In this document: in pieces, positions 1-13,330 of the stretch
Position numbering within the stretch: position 1 is the stretch's first letter
Layout of the letters: each line of letters begins with the position of its first letter
Assembly (NCBI GenBank): GCA_050084985.1
Contig: JBITNC010000001.1
Coordinates: 63,674,001-63,738,000 of the forward strand
DNA from: Nageia nagi
Taxonomy: Eukaryota; Plantae; Pinophyta
Reading direction: 5' to 3'
Length of the DNA: 64,000 bases
Program-made: the position numbers and the translations under genes
Notes under the pieces: generated by a model
Seen by the model: only the letters and a program-made list of their open reading frames with translations
Databases searched by the model: none
What the model was told of the DNA's origin: nothing

Positions 1-630
1 AAAAGTTCTCATACTATTGTTTGGTAACATGGCTTGAGATGACACTAAAGTCAACTATTGCTATAAAGGGAGTGTGACGCGAAGTGGTCCATACTTCAAG
101 CAATATTATTTTAGAACATTATTTAGCGAGGAAGGTACAACTAACGAATATTTCATGCTATTTTCTTTTGTTACCGAATCCTTCTAAAAGTTTATTTTTG
201 ATCAAATTGGTTACTTAGGGTTTTTCCTTCTTAGCCTTCATTTCATGTTAATCTTGTTTCCTTGTTTGACTATCCAAGTATTTCCAAGTGTTCCCATAAG
301 ATTTCAAACTATCCCATTAGTTCCCAAATTATCCCATTCATTCCCATTTTTATCCTAAGGATCCCTAACATTTCCTAATTTATTCCAAAGCTCAATTTGG
401 AACCATAATTCTAAGTTAGGATCTCTTTTAATCCATTGATTTTTATTAGGTTTATTGACCTTATCGATTTTCCAAATTTAGAGATCTTTGTAAACACACT
501 TGGTCAACCATATTTTTCAATTTCTGTTAGATCAAATGATCATGTTATAGTCACATACTATATTTATTTCATATTAGATGTCATGAAAACTCGATGGTAT
601 TGTATAACTCTATTTAATTACAACATGTAT
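1..630 (-). repeat. Fragment of the LTR-like repeat family also present at 7850-10668
   Basis: The reverse complement of 1-110 (AATATTGCTTGAAGTATGGACCAC..CACACTCCCTTTATAGCAATAGTTGACTTTAGTG) aligns with ~8015-8110 and ~9565-9650. The right boundary is approximate. Confidence 0.5.
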
Positions 631-1479
631 CCATTAATATTTTGAGAAAAGTAAGAGAAACAAGAAATATTAAATTAATAAGATACATCTATTTATTAAC
701 TAAAGAATCTCATAAAATCATCCATTCATTATTAAAACTTCATGAAACTACCTTTCATTAAATATTACAAGCATAAGCTAATACAAGGAAAACAATAACA
801 TTTACAAATGATCTTAGGGTACAAATAAGAGTATAACTTCATTAAAGCATAAATAGGTCCTATTTACAATCCATGCCATAGCAATTTGTTCATTAAGACA
901 TCTTTTCCTCGTTGTAGAAACGCCTCCATCAATCTTCAATACATCTTTGTCGAGTCTTCATCATCTTTTGTCGAGCTTATTTCCAAGGATCAATGTAGAA
1001 TTGGGTCGAGTACTAGGAATGGTATAGAGTTTGAGGATCAAGACAATCCCATTTTATATTTGACCTTGACGCAAAGAAAATGTTATCTACATTATTTTCA
1101 TTCATTTAAGAACCCCTTTTTTAGACCTCGGGAGGATTTTATGCCTTCTAAGGCTAACTCCCTTCCTTGGTCATATTAACCTTACTCAATTAATATTGTA
1201 GCCTCCTCATAATATAATTCAAAATCATCTCTTGACTATGATTTAGTTTTACTTTAGTAGTACTTGAAATTTTTATTAAGTCTTGAACAATTTCTATTTG
1301 AACCATTTCATCATTATTTAAAGGATAGATAATTTCTTTTAAAATAGAAAATGTGACCACACTAATAATCATTCATAGATTAATATCAATCAATATTTAA
1401 TGTTGGTTCTACTATGGATTATTCAATAGGTCAAAACTTATATTCTTTCAAGACCAAATTAAATCAAGCATTAAGTGTA

Positions 1480-2500
1480 TTTGAGCGTAGTAGGAAATAG
1501 GCGTTACTTCTATGGGGAATACAATGCACTACAATATGCTGAGACACCATTTGATGGTTAGGATGATTTTTATTTAGTGCTACTCAGAATAAATCTGGGA
1601 AAGAAACTTTTTTTTTTAGAGGAGTTGTATGATGCAGGCGAACTCATCAAGGCATAAAACGCTATATCAATTTCATCCTTTCGAGCCTGATAGTTTATCA
1701 AATAAAAGCAAGGGATTTCTTTAGGAATTTATACACCATTTCAGCTTACCTACGTAGGGATAGGATGAGGGCGTGATTAAAATCTACTCTTCCAAAATAT
1801 AAGGGTCTTCAAAATGAGCATAAATATGACGTAGAGAAAATATAAATGCTTACAGAGTATTAATTTTAAATACATATTATTGTTAGAATGAAAATAAAAC
1901 TCTGCAACCTTTGTAAATATTCTATATTCATCACGTGATTTCAAGGAGGAGGTATGAAGATGGTTTTACATACTGCAGATAAAGTTTCACAGAAAATGCT
2001 CATAATAGATTTTTCTAGATGTATAAGTAGATGCAATGAATAGGCGTAAATCCAGGCTGTGAAACCTTTAACAACAAGACTCAGTGCGTATCACTATGAG
2101 ATCTTAGGAAGGAGGTATAAAGATCCATCAAAGAATAGTTAAAATTGTTTCTCATTACATTTTGTGGTTACGAATGCCTGTCTAAGAAGAATTCACAAGA
2201 TCGAGAAATAGTTTGAAAACGAGATTCATGAGTAGGTTATATACTAAATGCATTTTCTAAGAGGGCACGTAGAAATAAAGCCAAACTCTGAAACCTTTGA
2301 CAACATTTTTTTGACAAGTACCATCATGGGAGAAAAAGTATGAAGATCTTTCAAAAGAATAGTTTGAAAGAAAAATAAACTTTTACATCAAATATTGTGG
2401 TTGTGAATACTCAAATAGTCGTGAATGCAAAATGAGGGAGAATATAGGAGGTTTGCGAGTTGCAAATAAAACTTCAGAGATTGGTTAGAATGGATTTCTC
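1480..2500 (+). pseudogene. Heavily decayed PLS/E-class pentatricopeptide repeat (PPR) gene fragments
   Basis: Frameshifted translation gives AGELIKA*N..PFEPD (E-domain-like, ~1635-1690), NSATFVNIL (~1900), MQ*IGVNPGCETFN..GIKIHQRIVK..VVTNA (2031-2180), IKPNSETFDNIF..MG (2275-2330) and SNIVVVNTQIVVNAK*GRI*EVCEL (2387-2462). These match plant P-L-S motif consensus. Confidence 0.65.
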
Positions 2501-2619
2501 TCAAGCACAAATAGGAAATGTAGAGAGAGAAGGAAGTAATTCAATAATAACTTAAGACACTAAATCTCAAAGCATGAGTATTAGGGAGAATTCAAAACTT
2601 TTACTAAGTAAATATTTTT

Positions 2620-3842
2620 GAACATACATGACAAGGGAATTGTCAAACCAAGTCAAATAAAATATTAATATACCATCGGATTTTGTAGTCAAATCCTTCC
2701 CATCCATAAATTTCAAATAACAATATAAAAAAAACTATACTCCTTTCAAAAGGCAAAAAGTACCAGCTATCACATGTAAGATATTAAATAAGCTAGGTAA
2801 CGTGTCTTTTCAAATGGAGCAAGGCCATTATCAACAACTATTTCATAGACCATTATCAATCAATCCTACCACATAATATTTAAATAACACAAGTTAGACT
2901 AAGGCATTTTAGCTTTATTGTCTAAAATGCAAAAGAATGCACCTAGACTTGGAGAGGGAGAGACTTCTTTTCTTCACATAACTCCACACCTAAGCTTGAG
3001 AATAACAATAATGAGAAAGTATATAGGTATTTTTCCTAATGTTTCACCCTCCTATTTATAGCCAAAAAAGTCCAAGTGTGTCCAAATGAACATCTCCTCA
3101 TCATTTAAATAATGTTTGGGGTAGGTTTGATTAAAGTTATTGATGATTGTAATGATATTTAATACCTTGGAACCTTTTTTATAACTAACAATTTAGTGCC
3201 AACTATTATCCAGACCTAACACAAGGAAATAAAAATAAGTAGGGTCATTACACAATTATTTTCATCAACCATAAAATATTTTGTAACATTACAAGGTGAC
3301 CATAGTCCTTTCTAACTTTTCTTGTTTTAATTTTCACTTTAATTTACTAACAACTCTAAGTAAAAATTTGAATTCCAAGAAAGGGACTATTCTTTGCCAT
3401 CCCTTTTTGAATTTAAATTATGAAAATTCACAATAAGAAACCACACATATTACTTATGATGGTCACCTCAATCTGTAGGATAATTGTTAATCCATACACA
3501 TCCATAAACTCACATTCATGACTAATTATTCTACCATGCAACTACATGATCTACAATAGTTATTAGGGTTTTTTAGCCAACCAACACTAATTATTTCTTC
3601 ACTCCTACCCTTCCATTCTTGTCACTAATTCACCTTTGGTTCTTTGGGTCTTTTTTACATTTTTTTATCTTAGTTTAACTTATGACCTATGTTAGAATAT
3701 CTTGAAGCCAACATCAAACCGATATAAATAAAGCATATCACTATGCAAAACTCATCATTACATAGCTTAATTCAAATTGAATCTCATTAGGATCCTCGAT
3801 GGTACTTGAGTCTTAACAATGCAATTGGGTTGGGTCATTACA
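2620..3842 (-). mobile_element. LTR-like repeat (probably Ty3/gypsy), left arm of an inverted pair
   Basis: The minus strand begins TGTAATGACCC at 3842 and is colinear with 4083-5480, e.g. TTGCATTTTAGA..AA.GCTAAAATGC and AAGACTC.A.TACCATCGAG. TATAAATA motif near 3055. Confidence 0.55.
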
Positions 3843-4082
3843 ATAATTCAAGATTCAAGTTTGATTTGTTTCACCCTATGTTATGCTCTTAAATGTATTT
3901 AAATGGTTTGTGAATCTTTTGGGAAGTTAAATAAACAATGGAATAAAAACCCTAAATATACTCATATTAAGATAATTATTTGGTAATACATAGTAAATAC
4001 TACACTTCTTAACCTAATATGATTATGATAGAATATGGAGTCTTATTGTGACATATGGATAGTCTAATATTGAAAAAGAAAC

Positions 4083-5480
4083 TATAACAACCCACCTAAT
4101 TACACTTATTAAGACTCGAATACCATCGAGAATTTAAATGTGACTAAGATTTAATTATATTTTGAGATGAGTAATTTTGAATGGATATATGCTTTATTTG
4201 TGTCGATTTGATATTAATTTGAAGATTTTATGATATAGTTTATAGGTTGACTCGAAATGGGGAGTCCAATTAAAGATCCAAGGGATCAAGGGTGAGTTCA
4301 TTATGGGAACGAATTGGTAAGAGTGACGAAATGATTGGAAATGATTTGTTGATGGCTACTAAGACCTTTGTAGTTCATATATATGCACATTATAAATAGT
4401 ATGCATAATACTTGATTTTGATAATGCCTCTATATGTGGTGTGCACTAATAAATTTATTTTGTAGGACAAAGGATCATCACAAGTAAAAATAAGTGTTAA
4501 AAAGTTCTGCATTTTCAAAAATTGATTAACTATTTGCAAGAAATATTCCAATTATTTGAATTCGAATTTTAACTAAGTAATATTAGTAAAATGGAGTAAA
4601 ATAAAAATTAGGGGTTAGAAGGTTATTTTTCTTCTATTGGTGGTTGCAAGGTTATTTTGACACCTTGCAAAAAATAATTGAGTTATCTTCCCCACACAAA
4701 TTATTGTCTTTTAGTAGGTGCAAAATGATTGATAAAAAGCTTTTGTTCCCTAGTTATGAAAGGTGTGCAATTATTTTTAGAATATATAGGGAAGATGGCC
4801 CAAACCCTCTCAAAAAAAACTAAAATCCATACACATCACGTATGGAGGATATGAATTGGATAAATAGATTTATTTTAGATAGATTCTACTAACCTTATAC
4901 TATAAATATATGGGTGGCTGATCATTGGAAAATACCTCTCATTTCCCTCAAAAAATGTTCTAGGAGGATGTGAAGAAAGAATCCCTCTCCTTTTGAACAC
5001 AAGTGCTCTCCTTTGCATTTTAGATATTAATGCTAAAATGCTTAGCTAAGTTTTGGATTTTTATATTTGGAGTTATGCTTGTTTTAAAAGGGTTGTCTTG
5101 CTATCACTTGAGTTGTTTAGCCTTACAGTAAATTTATTTTGAGGAAGCATACTATTAGTAATTGTTTACTACCCTTACATTTGATTGGTTGTACATGTCT
5201 ATCATTTAGCTATTAAAGCTACAAATGATTAGCCAAAAGACTTGAGATTTATTGATAAGTCTTTAATGAATTAGCTTATTTTAAAGCTTAAGATTTTTTT
5301 GCTTACTATTTGAATAGTACCTTTGAAAAGTATAATGTTTGTATTTACTTCTTCCTAAGGTACATTTTATCTTTTGGTATTTGAAGGAGAGAAAAAACCA
5401 TTTATTTTAAGTGATATACTTTGAGTCATGGGTGTCCACCTTTGATAAGTCATATCAATTCTTGCCTAGCATACTACATA
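4083..5480 (+). mobile_element. LTR-like repeat, right arm of the inverted pair
   Basis: Begins TATAACAACCC (decayed TGTAAC...). TATAAATA at ~4901. Homologous to the reverse complement of 2620-3842. Confidence 0.55.
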
Positions 5481-7849
5481 TTCTGACTCATCCCTCTTAA
5501 CCACTAGTATTGGATGAATCAGGAAACTTGAAGAGTGATCCTTGCTTAGCATTATGTAGAAATTTGACTCGGTACTTAATATGGTTCTTAGTATAGCTTT
5601 GTGCTCCACATAAAAGAGAGGAGCCCTTGAAGAAACGATGTGAGTGCCTTGGAATGTAGCAAAGTTGGGAGGCTTGAAGCTTGGTCACCTTGTTGCTTAG
5701 GTTCTTAAAACCCCTCAATGTCCATATAGCATAGATTAACACTGCACACTCTCCCCCTTGCCTGGTAGACTCTAAATCTATAAGGAAGTTGATGCTATTG
5801 CTACACATACTCACCTTCTCCCAGCAAGAAAAATAAAATCTCAACTACTCCTCATTTGACCATGAATCAAATCCATCAGACGAGCTCTAGAAAAGAATAT
5901 ATATATATATATATTATTTGTATATACAACGTTGTTCAAATCGTTGCGTGGCCATTAGGTGTATTCTCCTTTCTCCCTGTGATCTCAAAATGCATTGTGT
6001 AGGTATGGAAGCTTACAGTTTTGAGAAATAAACACATTTTATTTTAAAAGAAAAAAGGGGAAGCGTTCACATTTCCTAATCTACGAGTCTTCCATCCTGA
6101 TATTTAAGTTCCCTTTTTGTTGAACAAAATTTTGATGTCTTCTTATGAGTAAGGTCGCAAAAATCAAATACTAATGGATAAAATGTAGAGCAGAATTTGG
6201 TAAACTATAATGTAGGATGGAAAATGAGGTCCTCTAAAACTAGGAGCTCTTCTTGAAGTCTCGTAGGGTGTTCCCAAGTTTGACACAAATTTTTAGACTA
6301 TTACGCTTCCTCTTGTGCTTTAAAAAATTATTTCATTCCTTAAATAGTAATATGGAAGCTATATGAAGATGCTTGTTTTATGGAAGTATAAATATAATAA
6401 ACACTTTTACCATGATCACATAAAATATAGCTCAAAATTGTAAAGTAATGGAAGGAATGGAAAGAATAAATTTATATATATATATATGTCCTTTTGAAGT
6501 TACATTTTATTCATTTACAAGAAATGGAAAGAACCATTTAATAAGGGATTTGAATTACTTTGAGTTTAAATTCGAGAGAAGAGATGGGATAATCATGTTG
6601 AAATAAAATTAATGTTACAATAGGTTCAAAATATTTTCAAAATTATACCCATTGATTGATATCTAATGATTATTGAATAAATGAGTCATGATGTTAGCCT
6701 AATACCAAGGAAGGGAGGTCATTCTAAAGGGAACATAAAACCTCTTGACATCCTTAAAAAGGGTATTTGAGTTTTTGACAAGTTATTATGATGCATTTAG
6801 AGTAATAAGCATTTGTTCAAAAGGTTTTCCTGATCCTAAATACTCATAAGCCTCTCTTAGTACCCATATTCGATGAACCTTGGATCCTTGAAGGAGCTCA
6901 AAAGTGAGGAGAACAGGTAGTTACACCAAGAATACAAAGATGTATTGAATACCTTGAAAAAGCTATCATGATAATACTCTTATTAATTGTGATGGAACCC
7001 TCTTGTAATTAATTAGGGTTACCCTAATTCATTGTAATCTAGTACCATCATGTAACAATTTGGATATGGAATGATACTATGTTTGAAATTTGATGAGATT
7101 TCACCTAGTATCTATATGTAACTTGTTGATGATAATTCAAATGTGTATGTGACATATCCCACCCTATGATACATTATTATTTGGGAGTTATTTAAATAAT
7201 AAAGAACCCAAAATATACCCACTTGAAGATAACTATTTGATAACTCAAACACATTATGAATATAAGGGTAGGGGATGATATCATTTAGAGTTGAAAATTT
7301 AAAACAAGAATAACCTAGTATTAATATGTAAATTATCAATGATAATTTAAATTATGCTCTTGCATGTATACATACAAATGATACTTTAGGAAGACAATTA
7401 GATAATAAAATGTGAGTTCAAAACATACCCATATGAGATAATTATCACACTTTTTTTAAGGGTTCCTATCATCATGTAATAAATTAGGGTCTTGATGTGA
7501 GTAATCCAAGTGTAAAAGAGGAACTATCCTAATTTGTAGAAATAAATAGTTTAGATTTTCAATGATTCCCTAATTTTGCATGATATTAGAGAAAATGATT
7601 AGACAATGAAATAAGATCTCTCATATTTACTATTTATATATATAGTTAATCAAAACCCATAGATAATTTGAGCATTGATAGGATACACCCTTAGGAATAA
7701 TAAAATGAAAGGTATGGAAATGGGAATGATGAATGTCTTCTAAGGATGTTAACCTTAAAGAATAAATTCCATATCATTGAAGGTTTTATAGTGATAATGG
7801 TATGAGTTGGTGAATAACAAAGTCTTAATCACAAATATTCTTATTCTAA

Positions 7850-9087
7850 TATGCTAAAACCTAAAGGGATAAAGAGGAATTTGATCTTACCATAAAATTG
7901 AATTAAGTCTATAAGAATAAATTTATGGGTTATCCCAATGATGAAGAAAAATCTATAGGAAGTACATTAGTTAAATTCTTGTTAGAAGAATTTGACAAAC
8001 AACATACAAAAAGAATATTCCTTGAGTATGGACCACTCTACACCACACTTCTTTATTAGAAGTAGTTAACTTTATTGTTAACTCCAGGCTTGTTATTAGT
8101 TTTCTAGCATGTGATGCTTTTATAAAGAAGTACTTTATGCACTACATCATGCATATGGAATAATTATAGTACTTTTGAATATTCTTAGTGACTTCCTCAA
8201 CAAGTTTGATTTGAAACTTTTTGCATATGTTGATGAATTTATTACTTATTCATTTTCAATATCTTGATACTTAATACAAGCATGAAACCTAGAAACCCTA
8301 ATAATTGATCCCAAACCAATTATTTCTAGGATCAATAGAATATTGGATGGTTTATTTTATAACATTATTTATAACTTATTATATTATACAAACCACTTGA
8401 GGGTATTATTCTAATACCCATGGCTCCTCAAGATAAGGGCACACAAATGTCGAACTCCATGGTGAGCCTAGTCGATAGATATGGGTAAGCTAGTGTCTCA
8501 TATCTTCGAAAAGTATCAGATGAGGGTAACAATTGATAAAAACTACATTTATTAGATAAGGGTAATTTAGTAGTCATACTACTTACCATTTAGCATATAG
8601 GAGTATGATGACTATTCCATAGGAGATGATGCTTACCCCCTCATAAAGAAGTTTACATAGGAAAATCTATTGCTCCTATGAATTTGAGGGTTATCATAAA
8701 GAGAGGAAGCATAACCTAGTGGATTAGCATTCTCTCAGGTGATATGGGCCTTGAGTAGGAAACCACTACATCATGAATAGAATATTTGTTACATAGTTCA
8801 AGAGAAGAAATGGTGGGGTCGCTTATGTGGCATCTTCTAATGGGATGAGCATTGAGAAGTGAACATGAGAAGGATTATGAACAGGATTAGCTAATATGGA
8901 TTTGGCCAATCTTTCCATGTGAATGCTAATTAGCTAGCAACATTGATATGCTCATATGGATCGCATTGTCTATTCCTATATCATTTGAGTGTTTAAACAA
9001 ATAAAAAAAAATTAGGTCTAAAATTTTAAGGTTTGTGATGTCAAGAATAAGTGAAAATGTTACCAAGAAATAGGTGGTAGTGTTACA
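7850..9087 (+). repeat. Copy 1 of a ~1.2-kb direct repeat, probably an LTR 3' part ending TGTTACA
   Basis: Colinear with 9380-10668. Shared blocks include TATTCCTTGAGTAT, CAAACCACTTGA.GGTATTATTCTAATACCCATG, GAGTAGGAAACCACTACATCAT and AATGGGATGAGCATTGAGAAGTGAACA. Confidence 0.75.
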
Positions 9088-9379
9088 AAAACTCTCTTGT
9101 GATATTCAATAAAGGGAATGGGGATTAGAAAAATAAATATCTCAGAATGATAATCAATGTTAAAGAAATAATGGTGTCATATTTAAGAAAATGTATATCC
9201 TTAAACAAGGAAATGAATTTCCTAAAAAAACAAAAAGGATAAACATTGAATAAATAATGGTGTTGTATTTATGAAAGATTAAAATGATAAAGGTATGAAT
9301 TATGTTGAACTAATTAGAATGATAACATCTTGATACAAGCTTAAGTGAAATATTAGGGTTTTACAAGAAAACCTAATCA

Positions 9380-10668
9380 AGGTGCTAAAACCTTAGAAGA
9401 TAAATAAAAGGTAATATAGACCTCAAACCTATATTAAAGTTAATCAAAGGACCCTACAAACAAATTAGTTAAGAAATAATGGATTGGCTAATGATAGGGA
9501 TATTTAGATAGAATGTAATTTAGTCAAACCTTTTTTGTCGTAAGTTTGCTAAATGACACACAAAATATATTCCTTGAGTATATTCTATGTCACACTCCCT
9601 TATTAGAAGTAATTGCTTATAGTGATATCTCAGGGCTTGTTAGTATACTTTGACATATGATGTACTTTTAAAATAATATTCTTTACATTGCATTGTGCAT
9701 ATAGGACAATTATAGTATAGTGTTATTGAATATTCTTTGGTGGCTTCATGAATAAGTTTGCATGAAACTTCTTATGCAAAATTGATGAATTTACTATTTT
9801 TATTTATCAAACATGATTATTAACATGAAAAGTGGTTTGATTACATTTAATTAGTTTATAAGAACATCCTACTACTTGATTCAAACATGAAAACTAGAAA
9901 ATCTAATAATTGATCTAAGATCAATTATTTCTAGGAAATTTAGTTTGGGGATGGTTTTACTTTATACTCTTGCTATAAAATTTATTATACTATACAAACC
10001 ACTTGAAGGTATTATTCTAATACCCATGTCTTCCTAAAATATGGGCATGAGGATGGTAAACTTCATGATGAGCCTAGCCGACAGATATAGGTAGGATAGT
10101 ATCTCATATCCTCAATAGTTTTTCAAATGAGGATAGTAATCAATAAAATTGCAATTAAAAGGAGAAGGTAACTAGTAGTCATACTTATTATAGTTTAGAA
10201 AAGAGTATTATGATGTTTTTTCCATAAGTGATGATACTTAGCCATTTCATATGGAATATTACCTAGAATAATTTATCTGCACCTATGAATCAAAGGGTTA
10301 TCATCGAGAATCATGCATAACCTTGTGGATGAGCATTCTCTCGAGTGATATGGGCCTCGAGTAGGAAACCACTACATCATAACCAAAATATTTATTGCAT
10401 AGTTTGTGAATAAAAATGGTGGGATCACTTATGTGGCATCTTCCAATGGGATGAGCATTGAGAAGTGAACACTAGAAGAATTTTGACTAGGGTTGGTTAA
10501 TATGGATTTGACCAATCTTTTCATGTGAGTGTTGACTAGCTAGCAACATTGATATGCTCATGTGGATTTTCTTTTCCATTCCTAGACCATTTGAATGTTT
10601 AAATTAAACAAAAAAATAGATCTAAAATTTTAGGGTTTTGTGAAGTCAGGAATAGGTAAAATGTTACA
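9380..10668 (+). repeat. Copy 2 of the ~1.2-kb LTR-like direct repeat
   Basis: Same blocks as copy 1; ends AAAATGTTACA at 10668. Confidence 0.75.
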
Positions 10669-10669
10669 C

Positions 10670-13330
10670 TAGAAGAAACCTACAAGATGTATAAAAAAAA
10701 TACATGTTGATTATTATCATCAAAAATAGAACATATGATAACTTATATATAAAAAGCATGCACATACTAGTTCCTCACATATGGATAACTAAACAATATT
10801 GCACATACTAGTTCATCACACATGGATAACTAAATAGTACAAATAATGCACATACTAGTTCATCACACATGTATAAATAAACAATATTAATAATACACAT
10901 TCTAATCCATCACACATGGATAACTAAATAGTGTTGAACATATTAGTTCATCACATATGTATAACTAAATAATATTGATAATGCATACAAAAAGATCAAT
11001 ACTATACAACAAAACTCTTCATATATGTGAAGTATTTAATTTAAGAATTCCTAAGAATTTATTCTTCACTCCCCTTAAGGATAACTTTACCATCTTAGGA
11101 GATTATATGATTTCTTATAACATTATCTTATGATTTATAATCATTTCATATTTTTGTAGCCTTTATGTATACAAGTTGATACAAAATATGCTTTCATAAT
11201 GAAGTTGACATCATATATGAATAATTCTCCCTCTTAAGGGAAACTTCAACAAAAGAAATATTTTATTTATAAACAAATCAAGCAAAGTGATTGAATTGGA
11301 CATTAGCTACTTTATAAGCTAATACACATATTATCTTTATCAAGCCACAAACCATAGAATGCTAACTTGATTATTCTATAAGTAAATTTTACATAAATTC
11401 TTATCTATTTACAAACATGTTGATTTGGAGGTTTAAGAGCTTTTTCAACAATACTATAGCCTATATTAATAACATTCAGCAAATTTGAACTTGACTATGC
11501 CATAAGTTCTTATCTATTGATAAACATGTTTATTTGGAGGTTTAAGATCTCCTTTAACACTATTGTAATGATGAAGAATATCTATCAACTACTAAATTGA
11601 CCATGCCATAAGTTCTTATCTATTTACAAACATGTTAATTTTGAGGTTTAAAATCTTGTTCAACAATATTGTAGCCTAGATGAAGAAAAAAATATCAAAT
11701 GCCAACTTGATCATGACATAAGTCAAGATGCAGAAACCCTTATCCATTTACAAACATGTTGATTTGAAGGTGTAAGATCTCCTTCAACAATATTATATAC
11801 TGGATAAGGAAGTTGTCCATCAAAAAACCTATCAACATGGATACAACTTTCTAATATATAAGTAATTTATGTGGAATAAATCCATAAATATGAATATTTT
11901 TCCATCAACATGGAAGTAAATAATGTGACATCCATCATAAATACGGATATTCCTATTCCTCCATAAACATGGAAGGAAATAATGTGATATGTATTTGGGA
12001 TTTATTTGGATTGAATAAGGTAGGTATAATCCTTGCATACTAAGGTATGTATAAACTCTTATTTTACCTTGAATTTTGATATGTAATCATTGATGAAATT
12101 CATTACAAAATCCCAATAAAGTAGGGTAAATACCAAGTCACCAATGAAACATTTCACATTAAATTTGAGTTATACTTAGCCTATTTATTTCCAAGTACAT
12201 ACTTCTTAAATTGGATATGGAACTAAGTTCCAAGTTATTTTTTTTTATGAGATCATTCTAACTTCAATAAGAATTTTAAACATGAGGCCTCTCTTTTTTA
12301 CTTGAAATTTTTCAACTTCCCTTTCTCTCTAACTTCCCTAACATGATTGAATTCTTGGGAAGATATCTTAGACAATTAAAAAAAATTATCAACAATGAGT
12401 GTATAAGACAAGAATCTTATGTTATTCTTAATCTTAATGTGAGATTAAAATTCACCATATGCCATTATAGGCCACCATAGGCCACCAAATAATAACACAT
12501 GCATTTATTACCATCATACTTATTTGATCCAAAACCAATAACCATGAATGTTTTGAAAATCATAAAAAAATAAATTGAGGCATATATCCCTTAATATTTA
12601 TACAAGATCAAGTTGACAATAAACAAGACCAATTATTTAGGTTTCTTAAGTGCATAAAAATCTTAAATTTGAAAATTACTTAACTAAAATTTTATCAAAC
12701 TAAAATCTAGGATCCTTCTCAAGGATATAGAAGGATTTATTTAACTATTTGTAAGATAATTTTCTCGATATTATCAATCGTATAGGTTGTAAGGTTCAAC
12801 ATTCAAGCCTTAATTTAAGTAAGGCTAAAGGTAATTATTTTTAACAAGGATTTTTGAAGTCATATTTTTTACCCTTATTTATGACTACAAATATTTATTT
12901 TAATATCTTTGTATTTTTAACCCCAAGAACTAACATGGATTAAAAACATATAAGCTTTTCAAAATGGAAATAAATGTGGTATCATATGGTGCACTATAAT
13001 TCATCATAATGATGCCAAGATAATACTTATAGTCACCTATTGTATTATCAATGTATAATAAATGTATACATATTACAATATGATTAACAATTCATCAATC
13101 CTCATAAGGATGAAGTAGTCAAGTAAATAATTCATACTTCAATCCATCTTGAGGATAATTTCACCAACCCAAGTGATTATGGGTTAGGTGAAAATATCAA
13201 TGGAGTTTTATTTTGATCATAAAGTTTCATCAAAATTTCCTCCTTGATAAAAAAATGCTTTAATTTAAAAAATATACTTTGTTATGAAGTTAATAACTCT
13301 CCTCCTCAAGGGTAACTTCATTAATAATCA
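10670..13330 (-). mobile_element. Rearranged relic(s) of the Ty1/copia family found at 35058 and 60343
   Basis: GTTC(C/A)TCACA(C/T)ATGGATAACTAAA repeats at 10760-10980 match the 3' UTR repeats at 61320-61510. The pol-end motif CACTCCCCTT is at ~11067. 12160-12250 on the minus strand resembles the RT start (TWNLVPYP). 12985-13080 matches 61215-61300. Confidence 0.65.
11395..11810. repeat. ~108-bp tandem repeat, about 4 copies
   Basis: CTTATCTATTTACAAACATGTTGATTTGGAGGTTTAAGATCT recurs at ~11400, 11509, 11615 and 11739. Confidence 0.85.

Noticed and set aside
886-1372. Short ORFs at 886-1179 and 1190-1372
   Set aside because: No recognisable motif; cannot be supported as genes.
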